From a virus (Duplodnaviria; Caudoviricetes), in the IMG/VR virus record IMGVR_UViG_3300044448_003979, positions 1 to 25,439 of that record: DNA of 25,439 nt. One strand, written 5' to 3'. The translations under genes and the position numbers were made by a program. The first letter of the stretch is position 1. Every line of letters starts with the position of its first letter. This document shows, piece by piece, positions 1-7,512 of this stretch. The notes beneath the pieces are model-generated. The model saw nothing but the letters and a program-made list of their open reading frames with translations, had not been told where the DNA came from and did no database searches.

Positions 1-1749
1 AAATACGATGGGATGCGTATTCAAATTCATAAAATTGACAACAAGGTGAAAATTTATTCATATAATCAAAAGGATATTACAGAAAAATGTCCTGAACAAG
101 TCAAAATTATGAAAAATAAGCATTTTGGGGATTGCATCCTTGATGCTGAATTGCTTTTATTCATGAAAGACGAACCTTTGCAAAGAGCAGAAGTTGTCGC
201 TCGCATTTTCAAAGATAAAGAGTCCGAAGCCGAATTACGCGCCCATGTGTTCGATATTATGCGGCATGAAGAGAAGGATATGGTTGAGGATGAATTGTCA
301 GAACGAATTAGGACTCTTTTTCAGAATTATGCACAGCATTCTCATGAAAAATTGCAATTTCCAACCAAAAAAGATACCCGCGAAGCCGATTCTTTGAAGG
401 AAATTGAGCAATATGCTAAAGAAATCATGAAAATTCCCACTGCTGAAGGTGTAGTGATTAAAGATATTACATCCACTTACTACATCGGCACAAGAAAGAA
501 CCCAAAATGGGTAAAATGGAAGAAATTTGTAGATTTGGATTTAATTGTGCTTGAAAAGAAATCTACTAAATCAAATATGTTCTCATATACATTAGGAGCA
601 GGGCCACTTTCCGATGAAGAAGCGAAAAAAACCAAATCTAAAGAAATTGATGGTAGATTCTACATGAATGTTGGAAAAGCAGTAAATACTAACATTGATG
701 TTGATGAAGGTTCGATTGTTAGAGTAAAGGTGGATGAAGTAAACAAGCGCGGAGATAGATATTCAGTATATTCAGCAAAAGTTATTGAAATTCCTGAAGT
801 TGATTATCCTGATAAGGTTGTTACTTTAGAATTACTTTCAGCCAATAATAAAAAATCCATAAAATACAAAGTAAAGGCTTTGGAGAAGGGAATTAATATT
901 ACAGACAATATTCACGGTGATGCTACGATATTAGCAAAAGGGGATATGGATGGATTTACGATATTTGGTTTTGATGAATTTAATTTGATGGCGAAGAATG
1001 CACTCGTTAATTTAGACGAATGGAAATCTCAAATTGAAGACATTCATAAAATGAAAAAAGGTAAATTTAGAACTCATATCAAGCATTTCTTGAATAAGAA
1101 TGGGCCAAGTAGTATTGAAGCAATTCATAAGCATATTCTCAATAGTAGCGATGAATTGAAATCATTGTATAATCAATTATTTGATTCAGATATTGAAAAA
1201 CTCAACAAGTATTGCATTAAACAAGTAGCAGAAGAACCCGGAGAAAAATATTGGACATATGATAAAAAATCTGAAAAGTTCACAGAAGGTAACTTAATTA
1301 CAAAATACGAAACGCCGGAGGAATTACGTTCGGGTGAATTCAAACTTTATTTGCGTAAGGATGGAAATTTGAATTTGGTTATTCAATTGAAAGACCCAAT
1401 GATTTGGAATATTAGAATTAATTCTGTTGATGATGTTTTCAATTTATTTGGAAAATCTAAGAAATTCCCTGCACAAATAGAAGAAAATTCTGATAAAACT
1501 AAATTAATTGATGAGGGAGATATTACATTGGGTGTGCAAAGGCATGGTTATCATGAATATTTCCTTGAAGGAAATAAATTTGAATCTAAACTACATTTCA
1601 GGGTTGTTCCAATTGAGGGCGAGGATTATTGGGTTGCATTTACGTCTGTTAAACAGAAGCCGGTTGAAGAAGAAACAGATGACGGTATTTGGGACATATA
1701 CGCTGATAAGCACAAAAAACTCACTTTTGAAGATTTAAAGGAACAGTGA
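1..1749 (+). CDS. lig: ATP-dependent DNA ligase (5'-truncated) with a C-terminal extension
   Basis: Frame 1 begins K-Y-D-G-M-R-I-Q-I-H-K (motif I KxDGxR with the adenylated Lys at nt 1-3), so the track's ATG at 13 is internal. Also ILDAEL (III), HVFDIM (IIIa), AEGVVIKD (IV) and WVKWK (V), followed by an OB-fold region (DLDLIVL...VGK...VRVKVDEV). Confidence 0.93.
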   Translation, partial: KYDGMRIQIHKIDNKVKIYSYNQKDITEKCPEQVKIMKNKHFGDCILDAELLLFMKDEPLQRAEVVARIFKDKESEAELRAHVFDIMRHEEKDMVEDELSERIRTLFQNYAQHSHEKLQFPTKKDTREADSLKEIEQYAKEIMKIPTAEGVVIKDITSTYYIGTRKNPKWVKWKKFVDLDLIVLEKKSTKSNMFSYTLGAGPLSDEEAKKTKSKEIDGRFYMNVGKAVNTNIDVDEGSIVRVKVDEVNKRGDRYSVYSAKVIEIPEVDYPDKVVTLELLSANNKKSIKYKVKALEKGINITDNIHGDATILAKGDMDGFTIFGFDEFNLMAKNALVNLDEWKSQIEDIHKMKKGKFRTHIKHFLNKNGPSSIEAIHKHILNSSDELKSLYNQLFDSDIEKLNKYCIKQVAEEPGEKYWTYDKKSEKFTEGNLITKYETPEELRSGEFKLYLRKDGNLNLVIQLKDPMIWNIRINSVDDVFNLFGKSKKFPAQIEENSDKTKLIDEGDITLGVQRHGYHEYFLEGNKFESKLHFRVVPIEGEDYWVAFTSVKQKPVEEETDDGIWDIYADKHKKLTFEDLKEQ

Positions 1750-1750
1750 G

Positions 1751-1758
1751 TTTAAATA
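1751..1758 (+). promoter_or_regulatory. Putative archaeal TATA box for the head operon
   Basis: TTTAAATA in the short intergenic gap after the ligase stop, about 25-30 nt upstream of the probable protease start. The AT-rich genome makes chance matches possible. Confidence 0.4.
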
Positions 1759-1786
1759 GCAGATGAAAATGTGGGTGAAATTGGTG

Positions 1787-3037
1787 ATGATTGCTACAAA
1801 ACAGTCGGGTTCTTTGATTCCCACCGCATCCGACTCACATTTTACGATTCTAAAATCAGACAATCTCATCATTGGAGGCTACGCATCAATAGAAATTGTG
1901 GATAAGCAAAATGACTTAATCACACTTAAAGCATTAGATGAAGCCGTCAAAAAATTCATGCGGGAAACAAAATACAGAAATGTAATGACAAATCATTCAA
2001 ATGTTCAAGTCGGGGAGGTGCTGAAAAACTATCGTGATTCTACGGGCCGAAATTGGAAAACGGGCGTAGATGATGTTGGGTTCTTTGTAGTAATCAAACT
2101 ACGGGACGACATTGAAAAAGCGAAAGAAGTGGGTCGTGAAATCCGAAAAGGACATTTACGCTCATTTAGTATTGGTGGACAAGCATTAGAAAAGCGCAAG
2201 AAAACAAGTGAAGAATTGGGAGAATTTAACGAAATTTCAAAACTTGAATTGCATGAAGTAACAATCTGTGAAAAAGGAATTAACCCCGAAGCAAAATTTG
2301 ATATTCTAAAACAGGACGTAGAAAAAATGGGAGAATTAGAAAACGCATTAAATGAATTAAACAGCCTACTAAAAGAGGCAAACCAAATAAAAAAAGAAGG
2401 TGAAATGGAAATGACAAGTGAATACCTTGATACCGGCGAAGACGAAGATTTAGAACTTCAAGACGCGGGTGGAGAAGAAATGATGGCAGCAGATGCCGAC
2501 GACGAAATGGAATACTCGGATTCTGAGTTGAAAGAACAATCATTGGATGGCGCAACACAAGTTGGCGAAGCCGGTGATGAAGGCATTGGTGGCCCTTCTA
2601 CTCACGAACAGATTACCGTGCAAGAAGGTGGAAACCAAAGCAAGCCAACACTTGTAAAGCAAGTTTGGCAAACTGCACCCACTCTTGACCTTTCAGGCGA
2701 TAACGTCGAAAAGGCATACCGAGAATTCAAAGCAGAACAATTGGAGAAGTTGGCATATGAAAATGTGCGAAAGTCTTTCCAAAGCCGTTTTGAAGCCGAA
2801 ATGGTTACAGAACAATCTGCAATTAACAAGTCAAATTACGACGCACAAGGCGAAGTAAACGAATTAAAGAAGCAATTCAGTGAATTGCTAACAACGCTAA
2901 CTGATGAGCGAACAAATGTAATCGCAAAGCAGGAAGAGGTTGTTGCTAATCTAAACATTCCAACAAATGACGAAATTGCCAAAATGTCGTGGGACGAAAT
3001 TAACGACATGGTAAATCGACTTGAGGGCGGAAACTAA
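1787..3037 (+). CDS. HK97-type prohead (maturation) protease fused to an acidic/coiled-coil scaffold domain
   Basis: IIGGYASIEIVDKQNDLI; catalytic His in NVMTNHSNVQVG; Ser in LRSFSIGG; LHEVTICEKGINPEAKF. The C-terminal ~235 aa are acidic and helical. Directly upstream of MCP. Start uncertain (1763/1784/1787); GGTGA at 1774-1778 favours 1784/1787. Confidence 0.9.
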   Translation: MIATKQSGSLIPTASDSHFTILKSDNLIIGGYASIEIVDKQNDLITLKALDEAVKKFMRETKYRNVMTNHSNVQVGEVLKNYRDSTGRNWKTGVDDVGFFVVIKLRDDIEKAKEVGREIRKGHLRSFSIGGQALEKRKKTSEELGEFNEISKLELHEVTICEKGINPEAKFDILKQDVEKMGELENALNELNSLLKEANQIKKEGEMEMTSEYLDTGEDEDLELQDAGGEEMMAADADDEMEYSDSELKEQSLDGATQVGEAGDEGIGGPSTHEQITVQEGGNQSKPTLVKQVWQTAPTLDLSGDNVEKAYREFKAEQLEKLAYENVRKSFQSRFEAEMVTEQSAINKSNYDAQGEVNELKKQFSELLTTLTDERTNVIAKQEEVVANLNIPTNDEIAKMSWDEINDMVNRLEGGN

Positions 3038-3053
3038 AACAGGAAGTGAAAAA

Positions 3054-4451
3054 ATGAGTGGATATATCAAGACAATTAAAGATTTGGAAAATGCAACCTA
3101 TGGCATTCGCGGTGGATTTAGCAATCAATTGCTGAAAGCCGGTGGTGTTGTTGGTCAATTGGGTGCAGGTCACGACACAACATTGGGTCTAAATGGCACA
3201 CAATGGTCATCAACTGCTGCATCAGCACTTTACAACAAGATTTACGGCCAAAAAGTTTGGTCAATGATTAATCAGGAAGTCAATGCTTTGAGTATTTTGC
3301 CAAAGCGTCCATACACGCAAAGTGGTTGGAGAGTAATGACACAAAGACCAATGGGTGGCGCAAATGCTGCCTTTGGAATTGGGACTACATCATATGCAGC
3401 AGGTAACGCTATGCTCGCGCCTCATGCTGATGAAATTGGTGGAACACGCGAAAATGCAAGCATTGGCACAGGAAACGACATTCAGCCACTTGCGCCTGTC
3501 TATGAAACTCTATTCATGAGTCCAAAGATTATCGCGCATATGTTTGATTACAGCGAATTGGCTTCAGAAATGGCGAAGATTGACGACGGTGTTGGTGATA
3601 TTCGCGCTATGATTCGGGAAGACATGGGTAAACTACACGCTGAAGTTCAGTCGAAGATGGCAGTTATGCCACTTGAATTCTACGATTTGGATAGTGGTGG
3701 TTCTGCTTCACCATCAAGTCCAACTTCACAGACATATGGTGATATGGAGCGCAACCTAACTTCTCTTCTAAAGGTTGTATCAACATCTTCTGAATGTCAT
3801 GAATTTACAGCACAGAATATTGCAGCAGCAGCAAATGGTGCAGCAGCAACAGATATGGGTAAAATCTACGGTAATACAGACCGTGTTGCTTCTACTGCTG
3901 TTGGCACTTCAATTGGATTTATGGATGCCACTATTGATTTTGGTGATGGTTATGCGGCAGCAGAACAACGCAGCCTAACACTTAGCCTAATTAACAGTCT
4001 AATTCAGTCACTACGAATTGAAGGCGGTTCTCCAAAGGTTATCTTGACCGGCTACGATACAATTCAGCAATTGGCTGATTTGCTTCAGGCACAAGAGCGA
4101 TTTATGGACACAAAGGAAATTATGCCAACACATAACGGTGTAAAGGGTGTAAAGGGTTCAGAAGTCGGATTCCGTGTGGCTTCTTACTACGATATTCCGC
4201 TAATTCCGAGCAAGGATATGCCAAAGACAAGCCACGATACACTAACAACAGGACTTAGCGATATGCTGTTCCTTGATACAGACCATATTTGGCTTGCTGT
4301 GCTAAAGCCAACCGAATACTTTGAAGACGGTATTAATCATGGCAACCCATTCGGTGTTGGCACTCTTGGAAATCAAGGGCTATTCCGCACAATGGGAGAA
4401 ATCGGCTGTTCATTCTTCAAGGGACAGGGTAAAATCACGAACATCAAGTGA
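3054..4451 (+). CDS. Major capsid protein (HK97 fold), 465 aa
   Basis: Follows the protease. Motifs typical of halovirus/magrovirus MCPs: LYNKIYGQKVWSMIN, LPKRPYTQSGWRV, PKVILTGYDT, YYDIPLIPSKD, FLDTDHIW, FFKGQGKITNIK. ATG 3054 has an AGGAAGTGA leader, so it is preferred over the track's TTG at 3021. Confidence 0.9.
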   Translation: MSGYIKTIKDLENATYGIRGGFSNQLLKAGGVVGQLGAGHDTTLGLNGTQWSSTAASALYNKIYGQKVWSMINQEVNALSILPKRPYTQSGWRVMTQRPMGGANAAFGIGTTSYAAGNAMLAPHADEIGGTRENASIGTGNDIQPLAPVYETLFMSPKIIAHMFDYSELASEMAKIDDGVGDIRAMIREDMGKLHAEVQSKMAVMPLEFYDLDSGGSASPSSPTSQTYGDMERNLTSLLKVVSTSSECHEFTAQNIAAAANGAAATDMGKIYGNTDRVASTAVGTSIGFMDATIDFGDGYAAAEQRSLTLSLINSLIQSLRIEGGSPKVILTGYDTIQQLADLLQAQERFMDTKEIMPTHNGVKGVKGSEVGFRVASYYDIPLIPSKDMPKTSHDTLTTGLSDMLFLDTDHIWLAVLKPTEYFEDGINHGNPFGVGTLGNQGLFRTMGEIGCSFFKGQGKITNIK

Positions 4452-4490
4452 TTTCCCTGTTCTTTGAAATGAATATAATGAGGTGAAAAA

Positions 4491-4838
4491 ATGGCAGCAA
4501 CAGTAACACTACTTGCAGACCACAAAGGATTTTCAGGCCCTAAAGCCATTGGCGACGAATATGTTGTCGATGCTTACATTGATTTGGGTGCATATGCATC
4601 CGGCGGTATTGATGTAACGGCTTCACAATTTGGGCTATCAACAATGCACCAATTGATTATTACAGGACAGGATTCCACAGTGCTTCTAATTACGCCTGAA
4701 GTAAGTGCAACGGGTGCATATGAAAATAGCACAACAATTACTATCAATGCAATTGACGAACAATCAAATCAATTGGCTGAAGAAAATTCGACACAAGATT
4801 GTGGAACAATCCGAGTCCGAGTTTACGGAATGCTTTGA
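4491..4838 (+). CDS. Probable capsid decoration/cement protein
   Basis: 115 aa, beta-rich (YASGGIDVTASQFGLS, IRVRVYG), immediately after MCP, strong GAGGTGA SD at 4480-4486. Function is positional inference. Confidence 0.6.
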   Translation: MAATVTLLADHKGFSGPKAIGDEYVVDAYIDLGAYASGGIDVTASQFGLSTMHQLIITGQDSTVLLITPEVSATGAYENSTTITINAIDEQSNQLAEENSTQDCGTIRVRVYGML

Positions 4839-4848
4839 GGCGATTTAC

Positions 4849-5202
4849 ATGGCAGTAGTCACAAATAATGGTGGCAGGGATTTCAGGGGCAGTAGTTTGT
4901 CCTTGAAACCCGGTCAATCCTCGGATAAAATGGCAACAGAAGTTGCTATGCTCTATTATGGTGTAGATGGTTTGAAAATTGAATTTGATTCAGATGATAC
5001 ACTTGATAATCTAAACGATGGTCAAAAGCGACTACTTACATCAAGACTTGGTGAAGACTTTGCAAATGAATTGGCAATTCCTAAGAAATCAGGATTGGGC
5101 CGCGCAAAGAAAGCAGCAAAGAAGACCGTAGATGCAATTTTGCCTGAAATGCCCGTAGAAGAACCTTCAGAAGAAGAACCTGAAGGCGATTCCGTAGAGT
5201 AA
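4849..5202 (+). CDS. Hypothetical head-region protein (117 aa) with basic then acidic C-terminal tail
   Basis: ATG 4849 preceded by GAGGCGA. The track's 4705 start overlaps the upstream gene. The C-terminus has KKAAKK followed by an E/P-rich tail. Confidence 0.7.
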   Translation: MAVVTNNGGRDFRGSSLSLKPGQSSDKMATEVAMLYYGVDGLKIEFDSDDTLDNLNDGQKRLLTSRLGEDFANELAIPKKSGLGRAKKAAKKTVDAILPEMPVEEPSEEEPEGDSVE

Positions 5203-5206
5203 GCGT

Positions 5207-5239
5207 TAAAGGCAACAAGCCTTTAGGCCCTTCACAGGG
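5207..5239 (+). promoter_or_regulatory. Intergenic inverted repeats (possible RNA structure or protein-binding site)
   Basis: TAAAGGC-AACAA-GCCTTTA (7-bp stem, 5207-5225) and CCCT-TCAC-AGGG (5228-5239) in one of the few non-coding gaps. Confidence 0.3.
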
Positions 5240-5250
5240 AACGTGATAAT

Positions 5251-5559
5251 ATGGTTGGAGGTTGTAGAAGCAGTGGTCTTTTGACCGCAGACGGATTAGT
5301 ATATTCCGGTAAATGTAAGTTAGTTAGCATTCATGCAACCAATTTACATGGCACTGACGCAAGTATTGTTATTATTTACGATAATACTGCTGCAAGTGGT
5401 AAAGTTGTGGCTAAATTTGTAATACCGGGGATTTCTGATGCAGGGGGTAATGGATTATCCCCAACACTTGAATTTGATATGCATAGCGTTCTTTGTGAAA
5501 ATGGGCTTTTTGTCGATGTAACAAACGGAACACCCAATTTGACAATAGAGTTTGCTTGA
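5251..5559 (+). CDS. Small beta-sandwich virion protein (hypothetical)
   Basis: 102 aa with alternating hydrophobic strands (GKCKLVSIHA, IVIIYDNTAASG, LCENGLFVDV), a pattern common in small phage jelly-roll proteins. Confidence 0.65.
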   Translation: MVGGCRSSGLLTADGLVYSGKCKLVSIHATNLHGTDASIVIIYDNTAASGKVVAKFVIPGISDAGGNGLSPTLEFDMHSVLCENGLFVDVTNGTPNLTIEFA

Positions 5560-5569
5560 GGTGATTAAG

Positions 5570-5959
5570 ATGGCAGTTATTGATAAAGACACAAGGCTAA
5601 TTATGACAATTCTTTTTGTTGGAACAGTAAGCGGTGCAAATGTATATTTCTACGCTAATTATGGAGCGGATTTGCCTTGGTCGCCACTAAGTCATGCAGT
5701 GCTATTTGGTTTAATTACAGTTGGCGGTATTATGGGACAAAAGGCCCTATTTGATTTAGCCATGAACGAGAGAATGGAATTGTGGTTTTTGGATAGAAAA
5801 CTCAAATTGTATTGGGAACGGAAACAACGTGACCAACAACAACGGCAAAGGCTACGTGAAAGTATGCGACAATATACCCCGAATCAAATGCAATATGGGC
5901 AAACATATGAAGCATCAGAAGGTGTTTCAAATGAATTTTTAGCAGCAATTGAGCAGTGA
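5570..5959 (+). CDS. Membrane protein with two TM segments and a Q/R-rich coiled-coil tail
   Basis: Hydrophobic stretches LIMTILFVGTVSGANVYFY and AVLFGLITVGGIMG, then WERKQRDQQQRQRLRESMRQ. SD GAGGTGA at 5558-5564. Confidence 0.75.
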   Translation: MAVIDKDTRLIMTILFVGTVSGANVYFYANYGADLPWSPLSHAVLFGLITVGGIMGQKALFDLAMNERMELWFLDRKLKLYWERKQRDQQQRQRLRESMRQYTPNQMQYGQTYEASEGVSNEFLAAIEQ

Positions 5960-5963
5960 TACA

Positions 5964-6179
5964 ATGGTTTTTGACACCCTGTTTGGGGTAAATGAATCAG
6001 CACTTGCTTATGACATGACAAGGGCGCATTCAGCCGATGTTTTCTTTTTGAAAGTTAGAGCGTGGTCGTGGGGTATTACCTGCACGATTGGCGGTTTTTT
6101 AATTGGAAATGTTCTCGGTGTTTTTGACGTAAATTTATTCGGCATGGCTTGGGAAGCAATTTCAGGATTATGGCATTAG
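5964..6179 (+). CDS. Small membrane protein (71 aa)
   Basis: WSWGITCTIGGFLIGNVLGVF is a Gly-rich TM segment (GxxxG spacing), followed by amphipathic LFGMAWEAISGLWH. Confidence 0.7.
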   Translation: MVFDTLFGVNESALAYDMTRAHSADVFFLKVRAWSWGITCTIGGFLIGNVLGVFDVNLFGMAWEAISGLWH

Positions 6180-6189
6180 GTGATTTCAT

Positions 6190-6858
6190 GTGTCAGTTCT
6201 CGCAGGTTTTGCAATCGTTTGCTTAGAAACTATTGGAACCCTCTACAAAAGGTTACACGCAATTAACTTCGGAATTTATGGAGCGGGGGCAGTTGGAAAA
6301 ACTACACTGCACCGACAATTGAGAACAAGGGGAGAAGTGCCTGATATTAAGGAAAGGACTGTTGGTTTACATGGTGCTTCAAGAAAAGTTGTCAAGATTG
6401 ATGGAGATATGAATACAATTAAAGCATCAGATGTTGGCGGGCAATCACAGTATTGGAATTTATGGAAAAAGGATATGAGGAAAAGAAAACCAAGATACAT
6501 TCTTTTCATTATTGATGATAGACATTTAGAGAATAGAGCAAATTTACAAAATCAGTTAGCATGGCAGTATTTGGTGGACTTAATCTGTGATGACTATTGG
6601 AGAGATGGGAAAAGACTCAAAAAGAAAAAGGATAAAGACTACCCACAGGCAGTAGCGATATGGGCCAACAAGTTCGATTTATGGGGGGAAAAATATGAAT
6701 TCAACGACATTCAAAAACACCCTATCTTTGAGCCATTCGCATACGGTATGCAAAAACTTAATGAAAAAGGAATTCCGTGTCACAAATACATCGTTAGTGC
6801 AAAATCCGACCCTGAAATGGTATATCGAGGGATAATTACGATGATTAATGATTACTGA
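6190..6858 (+). CDS. Arf/Sar1-like small GTPase (Ras superfamily)
   Basis: G1 GAGAVGKTT, G2 RTVG, G3 DVGGQ followed by xxxxxLW with Arf spacing, ILFIIDD strand, G4 ANKFD, G5 SAK. N-terminal hydrophobic helix. GTG start with AGGTGA SD at 6178-6183. Confidence 0.9.
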   Translation: MSVLAGFAIVCLETIGTLYKRLHAINFGIYGAGAVGKTTLHRQLRTRGEVPDIKERTVGLHGASRKVVKIDGDMNTIKASDVGGQSQYWNLWKKDMRKRKPRYILFIIDDRHLENRANLQNQLAWQYLVDLICDDYWRDGKRLKKKKDKDYPQAVAIWANKFDLWGEKYEFNDIQKHPIFEPFAYGMQKLNEKGIPCHKYIVSAKSDPEMVYRGIITMINDY

Positions 6859-6867
6859 GGTGAAGAA

Positions 6868-7512
6868 ATGAGCGTAGGATATAACCCCGGATTGATTGGT
6901 TCAGCACAAGTGCCAAGCCCATTCGGTTCAAAATTAGAAACTGCAAGAGCGGCTGGTCCCGTAATCCCATATGATTACAAATCAGAAAAACCAAAAAAAC
7001 AATTGAAGGAAATTCGCAAGGTTCTATTTCCTGAAAAGAAAAGATTTCTATTCTTCCGTTATGGCAAAAAATTCAATGTGAGGCATCGTTGTGTAGTTTG
7101 TGGCACTCAACATCATTGGGAGGCTTCAGACCCTATGCGCCCTACAATTCCCCTTACAGAAGTCACAAAAGGGCGCCCAATGAGGGGTAATTACTGCCCA
7201 AAACACGCGGGAATTTGGCGTCAAATGGAAATGCTTGAGCAGCAAATTTTAGCAGAAGAAAATGGATTAGAATTTTCAGCATATATCCCAAAACCAAAAC
7301 TTCCTCAAATGTTACAAAGAGGCCCATTGAAGCATTTGAGGCCACAGGATGTGCAATCTTTAGCAGCAATTGGTTGGGAAATTAAGAGTCCTACGTCTAA
7401 AAAAGAAGAACCGCCTCTTGAGTATGAGAGATTAATGGGCGAAGTAGAGGCAAACTTGAAAAGAATGAGCGTGTTGGTGAAGGGTAGCCCCGAAGTGGAG
7501 GTTGAGGAATAA
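6868..7512 (+). CDS. Putative Zn-binding protein
   Basis: CVVC...YCPKH (CxxC + CxxH, treble-clef-like), basic N-terminal region, helical C-terminus. SD GAGGTGA at 6857-6863 overlaps the GTPase stop. Confidence 0.7.
   Translation: MSVGYNPGLIGSAQVPSPFGSKLETARAAGPVIPYDYKSEKPKKQLKEIRKVLFPEKKRFLFFRYGKKFNVRHRCVVCGTQHHWEASDPMRPTIPLTEVTKGRPMRGNYCPKHAGIWRQMEMLEQQILAEENGLEFSAYIPKPKLPQMLQRGPLKHLRPQDVQSLAAIGWEIKSPTSKKEEPPLEYERLMGEVEANLKRMSVLVKGSPEVEVEE

Noticed and set aside
3820-3852. GCA trinucleotide runs and the gcgccttc duplication near 23407-23425 as repeats or CRISPR
   Set aside because: They simply encode Ala-rich or APSAPS peptide stretches. There is no repeat-spacer periodicity.
4705-4848. 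Upstream extensions of track ORFs (3021, 4705, 5552, 5949, 9567, 13080, 13591, 14186)
   Set aside because: The longest-ORF starts overlap upstream genes, or are the GTG inside the SD itself. Downstream ATGs have proper SD spacing.
6190-6858. Interpretation as a packaging ATPase/terminase, or as eukaryotic contamination
   Set aside because: DxxGQ, NKxD and SAK specify a TRAFAC GTPase with no Walker B/ASCE features. The gene shares the SD, coupling and site avoidance of its viral neighbours.
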